Assembly: GCF_009914755.1 (NCBI RefSeq)
Contig: NC_060925.1
DNA: 64,000 bases
Reading direction: 5' to 3' (one strand)
From: the human T2T-CHM13v2.0 reference genome, Homo sapiens
Positions 1 through 15,402 of this stretch are shown here, one piece after another. The notes beneath the pieces were generated by a model, which was not told the DNA's origin, did not search any database, and worked only from the letters and a program-made list of their open reading frames with translations. The first letter of the stretch is position 1, and each line of letters starts with the position of its first letter. The translations under genes and the position numbers were made by a program.

Positions 1-163
1 GCACCAGGGTTGAGCATGAAAATGCCACTTGCTCAGGAAAATACTCCCAGCACCCCTGTCCTGGGTCAGGTTCTATGTTGATCACAATGTGTGATTATGT
101 ATGTGTCTATGAGATATCTACTCCTTTCCTCCACACACTTGACTGTAACTTCCAAGAGGGCAG

Positions 164-960
<797 letters not shown>

Positions 961-1045
961 GGCAGGAACCACTTTTGCTCACCATTGTATCCCCAGCACC
1001 CAGCAGAGTGCCTGACAGGAAGTGGGTTTTCTGTGTGTATGTGTG

Positions 1046-1180
1046 TCTCAGTTTCTTCATCTTTAAAATTTTGGTGAAAAATATCTATTTCACAGTGTTT
1101 ATGTGATAATTAAACAAGAGAATTTACATAATGTGACTTTCACAGAGCCTGGAAAACAGAGTGCTCAATAGACAGTAGTT
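1046..1180 (+). mobile_element. MIR fragment
   Basis: MIR core ctcagtttcttcatctttaaaat...gtgctcaata. Confidence 0.65.
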
Positions 1181-2872
1181 TTAAAAAGTAAAGATGTGTA
1201 CGCCACTCTGGGCCCATGGAAAAGGGCCAAGGCCAGGTTTTGAGTCTGGGTATTATACTTGAGGGGCTCTGAACCAAATACAGATGCTCTTAATCATTCC
1301 CAAGACTGGTGTGACCTAGGAAACCAAGTAGAGAACTATAAAGAATATAGAAATAGCAGGTAGAAGAATCAGTCTTACCCTTAGGGTAAGATGTGAACAG
1401 ACTAGATAGCATAAAAGTCAATAATGACTAAATTTCAACCCTCTGTCTTCATGCAGCCTGTGTAGCTACTCACTGTGTTACCCAAGCACAAATGTAATAG
1501 AAGTGGGGAAAATAAAACACTTTTACAAGCTCTACCACAGCCCACAATTCCACTACCCTTCTTTCTGATGGAAGGATTCTAGCTTTCTAGGTTAGCTTCA
1601 AGGTGTCATTTACAATATTTCAGAGTTGAGGCTGACAAACTTGTGAGTAGAGATGCACAATCTAATCAAATGGCATTAAAATGACTTAAAAAATTGTGAC
1701 TCATTGCTATAGAAATTCAGAGTTCACTCAAGAATTGAAAGTTTTTGAGCAAATGGCTCCTGTTGCCTGCTATTCAAAGCAGATGTCCAAGCACTTCTGT
1801 CCACTGCATCTTGGCATCAGAGTCACCATGAAAAACACAACACAATCAGGCACTGGACAGAACAAAACTTTGCTCATATAGAGAAGAGACAGAGCAAGAT
1901 CAGCTTCAGCAGAGGTGTCAGCCCCCTATGCCCAAGGGGTCCCTCCGGGCAGCAGATACCAGGCAATTGGCCTGCACTCACCCTTCTTGCTGCAGCAGAG
2001 GGACCGTCTTCTCACACAGCCTAGTTGTGGTCAAAAGACTGCATGCATGGAACTGCCTTTCCCAGCAGAAGTTAACTGACATCTGAATAAAAATTTTTTT
2101 AAGATTCCTAGTACCCTAGTCACATGAAATAATTAGGAAGCGTGTGACCTTTCAATAGACATAGGGACTATTTTTTTTAAAGGACTAACCGTATCCATGT
2201 ATGTTTCAGATCGAATGACTTGAATGCATATAGTCTGCATATCTCCCTTAGCCTACCCAATATGGTGATTGTAACATGAGGATGAGCTGAAGATACAGTA
2301 ACATTAGCTAACCAAACATAAAATTGTCCCATAGGTGGGTGCCTTTTCTACCCTGGAAAAGTTTGAAAATAAATACAGAAATGAATAAACAACTCAAAGC
2401 TATAATATAAATATTGTTGTCTTATGTTCAAGCTAATCCATATTTCTTTATTTAAACTGCTTAAGATAACCTTGGCATATTGAAAAATCTGAAAATTAGC
2501 CTTCTAATGCCAAATCCAAATCAGTAATTGATTTTAGAGTTATGTTTTAAGTTGAATGCTCTGTAAGAATTTGACTACGTTTGTAAACACATTGAAATGC
2601 TTATTTGCACTTGAAATTTCCTATATTTATATACTTACCTTATTAGATATACAAACATTGCTTAACTATTTGGGAAGATTTTGCTTACTAAGACATTTAA
2701 GTTTGTTGTTGCAGGTATTTTGAGTGCTTAAAGTGAAGATTAAATGTATTAGGTACAAATGTAAAATTTTAAAGTCTAAGCATATTGAATGAATTAGGTG
2801 CATAAATGAGGCTGCTTGTTTAACCCATGTTGTGTGACACGGTGTGCAAATGGGTGTCCAGATGCCACATCC

Positions 2873-3760
<888 letters not shown>

Positions 3761-6654
3761 ATCTGGCAAAGAAAAAGATATTCAGAGGGCTCATTGAGGA
3801 TGGACTTTGAAAGAGCAAATAATGAAGGATAGGGCATGTAACAGTCCAACTGATAATAGTCACAGGGAATTTAGTCTGTTCACAACGTTAATAGTTTTTA
3901 TTTTATGCTACAATTACTAAACTCATAAATAGAATAATAAGACTTGAAGTTCAACTTAAAGGCTTAAAGAAAACTGAATTTTAAAATTATGACTGATTTA
4001 CATAAACTAATTTTAATTTAAAACCTAGGTAACTATAAACAAAACCAAGTTCTTTCTACACTCAAAATCTATCCTTGGTTATTAATAGTTCATATTGACA
4101 CTGGGGTCTTACTTATTCTGAAAAATTCTGTAAGTGTATAGAGTAAGAAAAAAATGAAGTGAATATATAAAGAATAAGAATGTAGCAAGGAAGAGAAAAC
4201 AGAAAAGCAATTATGAGAGTGGTAAGGAGACTCTGGCAGAGTTTTGAGCAAAAAGGCTTAGGAAGCAGCCAAGGGTGTGAAAAAACTGGAGAAGAACAAG
4301 GAGGATTTATAAATAAGTGCTTCTGTATTTTGAATTGGATTCCTTTTACTGTCTCTTAGGAGATGCAAGTAAAAATTGGAAGTGCAGTACTTTTTAGTCA
4401 TTTTTTGTTGCTGAATTGTGTTTTGGTACATGAGACATTATGGTGAAACCAAGTGATGTGAAAAACTGGAGCTTATTTGGATCTCACCTAAACAATGAAG
4501 TCTGACAAATAATCTATTTGAAATCAAAAATGCTGCCAAAGCCCTTCCAAGATGATGACATCACCAGCCTGGCTGAAAAGATGGCTGCACCAGAGGGCCA
4601 CATCATCTACAGTCTGCGTCCAAGGTGTGGCCTCTGGCCCCTCACATGTACACTGTATGGTACAGCTTGAGCTAAAGGAGTGAGAAAAAGCTTCCCACCT
4701 TCACCTTTAAGTGTTTGAGAGCACTAATTCTTAACACCCCTCTATCTTTCCCGCCCAATTCGTAAATTAGTAAAGAGAGAGACCCAAGAGTCTAATTACT
4801 GATGAAAGCTAATATTGAAGAGTGGGTGACTCAGGTCTACTGGCCAAATGGGCCTGCTAATACATTCCCCCTAGTTAAACAGACTTACCCATTTACAGCT
4901 TTGGAAGTACTGAACAGCCACAGGCTACCCTGGAAGGGAAGTGCAAAGCAGAGCATAGTTTATATTTTCTGTCACTAACTGCCTCCAGAGACCCCCCAAG
5001 GAGAGGAAGGGGCTAAATTGTGTGAATGAAATGCCCCTGAATCCATTAATTCTTAGAGGTTCATTCATAAGGTGACAAGAAGCTGTAGAAATGAGGTTCT
5101 CCCTAGATATTCCCTAACCTAACACTCAGCCAGGAATGTGGCTACTCTCTTGAGGGAGGAAATTGTCCTAACCACTAATGGGACTTTAGATCCTGCCTCC
5201 AACCCAAGAGTCTGAAGTGGGTCAGAAGAGTACAGGACAGGATAAGACAGTACAAGGTCATTCTACAATCAGGGTTGAAAACTTGCTCTGCTATTTGGCT
5301 CCCCACCCTATATTATGTCCAGTCACAATGTCTGATTTCGCTCATTAGTGTTCTTGCAGTGAGATTATATGCCAATTACATGAGATTACGGAAGAAAAGT
5401 GAATTATTCACATGGAACTTTGCAACTCTTCTCCTTCTGTTTCTTGTTCAAACTCAGAAACTTTACAGCCCCCTTGGATCCATCCCCTACTCAATAATGG
5501 CTCCCATCCCCTGCTTTCCTTGAACCTAGGAATCCTGTATCTATATTGTCTTTGCCATCTCCATTCTGTGGCTGAGTTTAGATGTCAATTCATCAACTTC
5601 CTATAATCTCTCAATCTCATCACCCCAATACCAGATCTTAACTTCTAAAAAATGTGTGCAAAGATGCTACTTAACAACTAGATGCTGTAAATTATGTTAA
5701 ATATACAGTTTCTAAAATTTTATCAAAAAACAAAAATCCTTCAGTGATGAAGGAAAATACCAAAACCTATTTTAGCACAAAGTACTACATTTTTGTTTTT
5801 AAAAAGTTTTTCTTGTAACCAATAAACATTTTTATTTCTCTTTGGATAGACCTCTTTAGCAAGAGAAAAATTAAAAGGATTGGTCAACCAACTTCGGCAA
5901 CTCTAGGTTTTATAACCCTGGATCAAAGGGGCAAGATTATATTCTTAAATTCTTACTTCCAGCTGTGGTTTCAGAGGTAGCAGCTACTTGAACGATCAGT
6001 AAAAAATGGTTTTGAGACTCATTCTAGTGCCCTCCTAGCACCAAGTACAGCAGTCCTTCTGACAATTTTGAAAGCAATCGAGTCCCCCATCTTAAATTCT
6101 TTATTGTTTTAAGTATTGAGAGTGGTTCTGTTTCCTGAATGAATTTCTGACTTATCATTATCATTTTCCTTAGCTCTAAAAGGCAAAAGATTTATATGCG
6201 CTGAAGACAGCCCAGAGTCTATCACCTTAGCTCTAAAATCACATAGCTCAGCCAGCTGCTAACTCTCTCAGTGTGAATTCAGCTACTCATGTTTTCCTTA
6301 GAATTTCACTTTTCTTCCACTTTTGCACTTAATGCTGTGCATGGCTTACCATCCAGGTTCATCTGGGGCCCTAGGACAGTAGTTTTGCTGGGACAACCCT
6401 TTGTTCATCTTGGTGGAACTAGGAAAAAAAATCTAGTGATTTTGCTGATTTAATATTCAAAGCAAAAGTGTGGTTTGAACCTTTGAAACAGCCAGCATGG
6501 ATCTGGAAACTGTTTTCCCTAGCAAAGATATTAAAAAACTAACCCTTAAAGAATGAATTTTCCAGGGAATAAATACACTTCAGCAAATGTTGATTACAAA
6601 TTTTAAAAGACAAAGTAGTTGAATCCTTTTAACAAGAGACAAAGGTGAAAACGA

Positions 6655-7070
6655 GCGTCCATCACAAATGAATGGATAAACAAAACGTGGTCTACACATA
6701 CAATGCAAAATTATTATTCAGCCATAAGAAGAATGAAGTTTCTATGCATGCTACAATATGGGTGAAACTTGCAAACATTATAGCAAGTGAAATAGGCTGG
6801 ACACAAATGGACAGATATTATATAATTCCCCTTATATGAAATATCTTGAACAGGAAAATTTGTAGAGACAGAAAGTAGATTAGAGGTTACCAAGGACTGG
6901 GGAAGAGGAAATATGCTGAGCTAATGCTTAATGGTTACAATGATTCTATTTGGGGAGATAAAATTTTTTGGAAATAGTAGTGATGGTTGCATAACATTGT
7001 GAATGTAATTAATGCCACTGAATTGAATGGCACAATTTAAAATGTCTAAAATAACAAATTTATACTATAT
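6655..7070 (+). mobile_element. L1M (L1MB-like) 3' fragment
   Basis: gtccatca..gaatggataaacaaaa..gagacagaaagtagattagaggttacca..tgatggttgcataacattgtgaatg. Confidence 0.8.
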
Positions 7071-10000
7071 TTATATAAAACTACAAGCACCACAAAAGAT
7101 TAAGTAAATGGTAATTATATATAAAAACAGTGTTTAATTCTCTAAAGGTTTCTGGTAACAGTTCTGGGAAGCAATGATGATATGATGCAGTTTTCACAAA
7201 CACGTGGGCTGTGCATCTGGAGACCATCTCTATAAAAGATGATTGCAGAAGTCAGTCTTATCATGTAAAAAGCACGCCACTAAAAAGTTTTTCCAAACTT
7301 ATAATCAGCACCCAAAATAGCCTTCAAAAGTGTGGGAGAAGGACAATTCATTTAAGCAAAAGGAACTTAGAAAAATTCTTTACCTTAGAAATTGTCTTTC
7401 AATCTCTCTCAGATCAAAATACAAAGCTTCATTTGCTTGCCCGCCTACATATTTTTTTCTTTTTTAAATCTTAATGTCAGGATAGCATAATAGCCCACAG
7501 ACAAATAAATCTATCTTTGACAAAGCAGCTTTACCATTATATATGCCAATGCTGGACCACACCGTGGCTCCTGTAAGATCAGAATCTCAAGGTTAAGTAG
7601 GATATTAGTCATTGCATTCTAAAAATAAAAATGGTATTTCTTGAAATTCATCATGCAGCTGAAGGTAATTTTCTCCAGATTTATAAGATTCTCTAGACTG
7701 GTATTCTATTCACTGACCTTTAGCCCTCCCAGGTGATTTTTTGGGCTGGAGCATTTGTTGTTTAATCTATGCAACTGGCTTTCACCAAGATAATATTTTT
7801 TCCACATGACCTATTAATGTGAGACATGGTTGAAAGTGTGTCACCCACAAGCTGTGGGGTTAATAGGGGTACTTCTGCCTGGTACCTGGGGATTCTCATT
7901 TTCACTATCCCCAAGTTCATTTACCAAAGAAGACTACCTGCATGTGGCTGGTAAATCATCATTTTGGAGACTTCTTTTTATAAAATTGACTAAACCTCCC
8001 AAGTAGGAAAAATCGTATGAAATAAGTCCCTTCCCAGAAGCATGTTTTTCTACTTTGTAATACTTATCATCCTCTATCTCCCTTCACCCTCTTCAGAACC
8101 CCCTCCCTGCCCCTATAAACATAACTACAATCTACACTAATCAAGGAATTATTTTACACTGTACTCCTTTGAAATAACTGAGGGTTTTCCTATGACAAAG
8201 ACACCATTAAATGGGAAATGTGGCAACCCTTATTCCATTTTAAGTTGCTAAAAGTTAGAGGAGCCTTTAAGATAACAAATATATCCAAGGCAAAATCAGA
8301 GATAATGTGCTGGTGATGGGTACTAGGTGAAAAGAATTATTAAGATCATAATACTTTAGGCTCAATACCTTCTTGCAGAGCTGGAGAGACCTTGGAGACT
8401 GTTTTTCGTTTTAGATCAATTTCTCCCTTTTGAAAAGGAAGGATGCCGAGGTACAAGAGTTGGAAAATCTCTCAATTTCAGTCTAGCCAGACACTGACTC
8501 TCTATGATGAGTCCCTTTATGGATTGGGGCCTGCTGTGGGTGGTACAGCACTTGCTCCTGACCCACATCCACGTGCTGCCTAACATTGATTATGTGATAC
8601 CATAATGAAAGGATGCTGGAGTGAGCCAGAAGTAGAACAGAAGTGAGCCTGTCCTTCATACTTCGAGGATAAAGAGGCTACTTTAGAAGTGTGATGGCGT
8701 CTCACATACCTACACAGTTTAATAAGGTTATTCTGGCTCAGGATGCAGAAAATGCAGATGACAACCTTGACTCTGGCACTCATTGCACCTGCCTCTCCTT
8801 ATTTCCTCTGCAAGAGTTTTCCCAACCTCAATTCTCAACATCTATAGCAGGCAAGAAGGAGTCTAGATACCTAACTTACCTTCACCAGGTAGGTAGAAAA
8901 GCACTTGCTTGTCATTTAATAAGGTCTCATTTAATAGGATGATGAGAAGAGAGATTTCTGTTGGAGCAATACAGAAAGGATAAGTTATTTTCTACTAGGC
9001 ACAATGGCTCCGTTTCCTGCATCAAGAGTTAAATTAAAGAGAATTCCACTATCACAGTTATCGTGAATAATACATTTGCTGGAGTTTACAAACTTTACAG
9101 ATCCACTGAGCTTGAGAAGAGGAAGAAGAGGTGGGAAGAAAAAAAGTGAAACAGAGAGACTGAGGAGAAAGTATGTGTGAAAGAGAGAGGCACAGGGAGA
9201 ATTTCTGAGATTTTTAAATTCAAGAGAGACCTTATTAAGTCATTTTTCCCCTGTTAAATACTAAATTGAGTGCTAAGCAAGTGCTGTCCCCACCCATGCT
9301 ATGGCTCTGCCTTGCTAGTTAAATCTCTCAGGACAAGTTCTTTTTGGCCACTTGATTAAGAACACTCCCTCAGAGAGGTTATATAACTTTACACTGAATT
9401 CCAAGCTGAGGCAGGTTGCATTACAACAATATTCTGCAATGAGCATTTTTAACTGGTCTTTAAAACCTGAAGCAGTCCTGAATTAGCGTACCTGATGAAT
9501 CTCAGGGCTGGGCCCACTCAGGTCCGAGTAACTGTGTGTCCACATTTGATCTCATTGCTCGGTTCTTGTTAGCGGAGGAGACTGACACCTGGGTCTGTGT
9601 ATTTTATTCACGGCAACACAGTCATCTCAAGAGGAATGCTTTTCTTACACTTTTCATTGAGACTGATTTGAGAGTCACTTGGTATTCTATTGCCAAACAC
9701 AAAGGAAATGCCAGAAGACCGTGGCCTGCTGTTTACCCGTCACAACGATTATGGTCAGAAGGACTAAATTCCTACCATCTTTATACTAGCATTGTTTGAA
9801 TGTAATTATTCAATATCAAAATGAGGCAGATACAGGGTGAGCTAAGATGGAGAGACGGGTGGATCCCCTAAACCTCTAGAGTCCAGGCCAATGGTTCCAA
9901 TTCTAAAAGTTAGTCATGAAGTCAACTGGGCTGGAGAAATTGGGAGTGAACTAATCCATGCATTTGTAAAACTCTCAAATGTCCGCACATTTAGCCTTAA

Positions 10001-10629
10001 TAATCATGGAAACCTATCTCTCTGGTACTGAGGCCACTTACTATATATGTGACCCCACCTAAGTCACTGGATGTCTGCAGGTACCTGTGGGGCTTATTGA
10101 TGTCACCATCATCTTCTTTATTATCCTCATGGGACTTCCTAGTCAGAAAGAACGTCACTGGGAGATTCTACCTTCAGACTCTCCAGGACATCCTATCTGG
10201 GTAATCAAACTGCCAACAAAGGAGGTGTGAAACTTCATCTTTCTCTGATAGACCTCTCAAACATGGAAAGACTGCCTGCATGCCAGCTTATTTGTGTGAA
10301 TGCCTCCTTGAACAAGTCCAGAAATTTAGGAATGAATGGGGGTCATAGCAACCATTCACAATCAGCCTTATTAATCAAGCAGAACCAGAACGCCTCATTC
10401 TTCTTTCAAACAAAAGACAACTGGGCTGGTCCCTGGGCTTGACAAAGAAAGCCACAGGAGCCCCCACTTCAACACCATTCCAAAGGACTCAGTTCTCTGG
10501 CTCTGATGGTGGGGGGTGGCATTAGGAATTCACTATACATCACATCCTGGAATGAAACAGAGTAGAGTTCCAAGACCCACTCTTGCTCTAAGAAGACCTC
10601 TTGAGAGGCCACATAACTGTCCTATCCAT

Positions 10630-11200
10630 GGGCCAGGTGTGCTCTCTGGTAGTGCTGATAGCTTAGCACCAAGGAAAAGAGGATTTTCAGTTTCCGTGTC
10701 TATAAGGATGACCCACAAAAATTCATTTCTCCAAAAAGATGGTACCCTGATGCCATCTTTGCCCCTGAACATTGGTGGCAATGGAGCAAGAAACCCTGAC
10801 CTCCTCTGCCTGGGCAATAAAGCCTCCAGTTTGAATCCAACATGGAGGGTTCTAGCATTTCTTCACTTTCATTAAATATTTGCTTGGGCTTGTACAACCA
10901 AAAGTATATTCAGGAAATATGAGGACATGACCTGATGTCCAGTTCTTACTGCTAGGAACCAAGAAGAACCTCTTGGAGAATTGAGTCAGAGTTGGGTAGA
11001 TGGGCATCAAAGGAGGGTGTAGTGTAGTAGGATCCCAGGTTGTACTCCACTGAGAAGGTTCATATATTGGGCAGCCTAAGTCTACTGTAATAAAAGTGTG
11101 TGTGGTAAAACAGCTCTTACAATTTAATGGGACTTGGTATCTAGGTCCCCTTTTGGTATGCCAAAAACCTGTTTGTTAGCCTTGAAAATTAATAAGGATG
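10630..11200 (+). pseudogene. Possible highly decayed Rho-family GTPase (Rac/RhoG/Cdc42-like) pseudogene
   Basis: Collinear motif remnants across frameshifts: NSF.PK (10720), GQ* (10812), KYIQEI*GH (10902), PDVQFLLLGTKKNL (10931-10972), KCV..ALT (11094-11121). Confidence 0.35.
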
Positions 11201-12869
11201 ACAAAATATATTAGATTAATATACAAGATGAAAATAAAATAAAGGCCTCAAGTGAGAGACGTGGTGACCTAATGAACTTGTCTCTTTGGGTAATAGCCTA
11301 TACTTTCTAAGTATACAACGTTTCTAAAAGAGACTATAAGGGCAACCCACACACATAACATGCCCTCACCTTCTCGACGTATCATTTAAAATGTCTGCAA
11401 CACCTGAACCCCTTCTTAGGAAATCTGTCCAAGTCTGCAGTCTCTGCCCACAGGCCCAGCCATGCTCTGCACCACCCGACCTCAGTCTGACCACAGATGA
11501 TTGCTTGTTCCAAGATGGGCATCTCTCTCAAGGGCAATACAAAGTAAAGAAACCAATGACCCAAGATTTACATGGCCAGGCTCAAAACGCTTAAGCCAGC
11601 TGGGCCAATGAGATTCCTCAATACATATTGGAACTGGGAAACTGAAAGGCTGTGGATAGTAGTCTGGGGCCACTGCAAATAGAGTAACATAGGCTCAGGG
11701 TGATCCTGGTGGGCCATGCATTGATGGAGCTAACAAAAACATGAGTAACAGAAACACGAGTAAACAGAGGGGAGTGATAGTGGAAAAAGGGGAATGGAGC
11801 CAGTAAAGGTACAAATAAAATGCTGCCAGATGGGAAAGATAAAAGAAAAGAGAGCCTTGAGCTATCCCTACTCCCCTGCTGTTCCTAGCTTTCACATCCT
11901 TCCAGGCAACTCCTCTCTTCTTGCATCTAACACACACAAAAGCTGTATCTAAAACACCACCTCTGGTCACTCTAGGGACAGGCTGGCATTTGGAGGTGCT
12001 TTGCAGGCATGTCTCTCAGTTCCCAGCTAGATGGGGATGTCTAGTTTCTTATACTACACAATTTTATTTCCTATTCTTCACAGGCAAAAAGTGCTTATGC
12101 TTGCACACTCTTGACATTAAATATATGGTACGTACTTCCAGGTCAGTTGGTGGAAAGCAGTGGCCTTTACCCCAAAAACTGATTGTTTGATCACAGACTT
12201 ATTAGAGTTGGAAAATATCACTTTTGAAGTGATTATTTACTAACTCTCAAAAACAGTCTGATTTTTCTTCCTGAGGGACACATTTTAAAGAGCCAGATGG
12301 TGCATGGCTGTGGCACAGCTCTCTGTTCTCCCCTCCAGCCCCATGGATTAGCCGCAAATACTTTCTTTTCATCCAGAGAAAAAATTTATGTGCATTTGTT
12401 TAGCACTATTTCAAATATCTCACTTGGCCCTCAAGCAATGAGTCGATGGAAGTACATGAAATATTATTTCTTACAAATTTAAGACTAGGAATCTAAGGTA
12501 CAGAGAAATATAGTGACTTCTTGAAGGTCACACAGCACTAACAAGTAGTAGAATAGAGACTTGAACATTTTGATGTATAGCCAGTGTTCTTTCCAGTACA
12601 ACAAAGAACATACCAGGTTTTATTTTGTACCAAAGTTTTTCCATTAAATTTACGATCCTAAACAGCGTGATTGGGTTGAACCAAAGGCCCTTTGCCTTTG
12701 AGTAGAATATACTTAGAGCACACATGTACATTGAATATAAAGGTACACACTGGAGCACTTCACTACTCATCTCTAGAGGCCAAATAGAACTCAAACCCAC
12801 GACCCCTAATTGCCAATATCTTTAAAAGCCTTAAAGTGTTCATAGTGTTAATTGTAGTGTTCTTTCAAT

Positions 12870-13500
12870 TATTACTTTATTTAAAATATATGTATTGTGT
12901 GTATTCTGTGAGCCATAATTATTGTATGGGCTAGATGCAAACACATGAATTAAATGAGGCAAAGTCCCTGTCTTCATGGAACTATCTTCCCCAGGGGAGA
13001 CAGAGTTAAAAGAAAATACATAAAGTCAGGTAGTGATTACTACAATTAAACAAAAACAGAGTAAAGAAATAGAGAGTGACAGGGAGATAATAAGGTAATC
13101 AAGCAAGGGCTAGGGAGGTGGTGTTTAGTTAGAAACCTGAATTAAGTGAGGAAGCAACACATGCAAAAATTTGAAGAGAGTTCCAGATGGAAGGAACAGC
13201 AAGTGCAGAAGCTCAAGTTGGGAGAAGGCTTGGTGTGTTGGAGGAGGAGCAGGGGTCAGCAAGGTTAAAGCTGCATATTTGAGGAGACAGTGGTAGGAAA
13301 TGAGAAAGGAGAGCAGGATCTTACAGGTCATCATATGGGCTTTGGATATTATTTAAGTGTGATGGGAAGAGATCATTACAGTATTTGATTTAAGAGTTGC
13401 ATACTCGGGATATTTGGAGAAAACACCGCAGGATGCAAGAGTGGATGTAAGGAAACAGTGAGAAAGCAACTGCAGTAGTCCCTGAAAGATAGGATGATGC
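12870..13500 (-). mobile_element. L2 3' fragment
   Basis: Purine-rich reverse-complement L2 (aaagtccctgtcttcatggaact; ttccagatggaaggaacagcaagtgcaga). Confidence 0.75.
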
Positions 13501-13529
13501 TGTACATCTATCCCATTGCACTCAAACAT

Positions 13530-15402
13530 ACTGTTACTTTTCCGTTTATCTTGACTCCATGTTTCCCACCAGTTCCTGCCTTATTTCTCTGCTCCTCTTT
13601 GCAGCAAATCTCTTCCAAAGAGCAGTCTGTATTCACTGCCTCCAATTTCCCTGCTCTCATTTCCTCTTAAACTCTTAACATTCATGGATTTGTGATACCA
13701 CTCTTCCAAAATGACTCCTGTCAAGGTCATTAATGACATCCACGTTGCTAAATTTGGTGACCAAGTCTTGGTCCTTATCCTACTCATCAACAATGAGAGT
13801 CACCATGTACTTTCAGGTGCCAGTGCATAGGTTGTAACTGTCCAAGGGCACCTAAAAGAAGGGATCAGTGGCAAGGTAGGGGGGAATCTGATCCACACTG
13901 TAGTTGCTGACTTGCTGGTTAGAGGGAACACATTCCCAAGAAAGGGTGCCTTTTTCTACTTTATACAAGGCACTATCTTGACTAGTAGCAGTGATCATGT
14001 TAACAGCAGTTGACATAGTTAACCAGTCTTTTCTCTTTAGTGTATCTTCTTTATCTGGCTTCCAGGACCCCATTCATTTGGTTTTCCTCCTGACTCACTG
14101 GTGGCTCCTCTCAGTCTTTTTTGCTGATTCCTCACCATCTGTTGTTGGGCATGATGGTGTAGGAATGCCTTGGCGCTTTCTATGCTCTTCTGTTACCTAC
14201 TCACTTATAATAATGTGATCTTATCCGGTCCCTTGACTTTAATGCTGCCTATTTATTCATAACTCCCAACATTATGTCTCTAGTGAAGATTCATATTTCT
14301 ATCCTTGAATTCCAAGCTCTTAAATCCAATTGCATCCTCAATATCTCCAGTTGGATGTTTAACAGACATCTCAAAATTAACATGACCCAGACTGAATCCC
14401 AATCTCTACCTCCTAAAGTCTGCTCCTCCCACAGACTTCCCATCTTGCTACAGGGTAACTCTCCCCTTCCCATTGCTCAATCCAAAGACGAGGAGTTGAC
14501 CTTCCACTCTTGTCTTTCTCTCAGACACCACATCCTATCCAACAGCATATATCAATGGATACGTTAAAACTACAATATTTGCACCTACTATGTACCCACA
14601 AAAATTAAAAATTTAAATTAAAAAAATCTATGGATAACATCAAAATCACTGGATACCTTCAAAATCTATCTAGAATTGAACTTCTTACTACCTCCATTAT
14701 CCTTTCCTGGTGGAAGCCATCCTCACTATTGCTTGCTTCACTGAAGTAACCTCCTAACTGGCCTCTTCTCTCTGCTCCCACCTTTGCCCCTTACCTTCTA
14801 TTTTTGACATAGCATTCAGGCAGATCCTGTAAAAACAGAAGTCAGATCATGTCAATCCTCAGCTCAGAACACCCCAGGGACTCCCAATTTCCCTTAGAGA
14901 AAAAGGCAAAGCTCTTTAAAAGGTCTTCCAATTTCCCACTTGACCTTCCCTCCTGCCTTCTGTGACCTTGTCCTACTTTTCTCATTCTACTTCACATGCT
15001 CTGGCCACCTTGCTATTCCTTGAACAGGCCAATTACACTCTGATTTGGAGGTCTTTGCCATAGCTGTTTCCTCTGCCAGAGACATTTTCTTCAAAATATC
15101 TATATGGCTAAATCCTTCTTCTCCTTCAAGATTTTATTCAAATATCACCTTTTAAAATTACTGCCCTGTCCTCCTACTTTCCTGTTACTCTCTCCTCTTT
15201 ATCCAGCTTTATTCTCTCCCATGGTGCTTATCATCTTCAAACATTTATACATTATGCTTAAAATTTTGTGATCTGCCTCCCACTGCTACAAATGAAGTCC
15301 CATGAAAGCAAGAATGTTGTCTGGTTCCCGATGCAGCCCAGGTGTCTAGAATAAATTCTGGCACATGGTAAGTGTTCAAAAAATACGTACTGAATGAATG
15401 AA
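13530..15402 (+). mobile_element. L2 (L2a-like), about 1.8 kb, with nested insertions
   Basis: Typical L2 ORF2/3' segments (tcaaggtcattaatgacatccacgttgctaaa; cagatcatgtca) ending in tgaatgaatgaa. Confidence 0.85.
13796..13993 (+). mobile_element. MER91-like hAT MITE nested in L2
   Basis: gtgcataggttgtaactgtccaagggcacc...gtgcctttttcta...aaggcact..gactagtagcag resembles MER91A. Confidence 0.55.

Noticed and set aside
4530-4670. Short GC-richer open frame (MLPKPFQDDD...) with a YY1-like AAGATGGC
   Set aside because: No recognisable homology, splice sites or poly(A)/TSD
11391-11594. VQVCSLCPQAQP resembling an integrase zinc-finger CxxC
   Set aside because: No upstream HH pair or downstream DDE motifs could be traced
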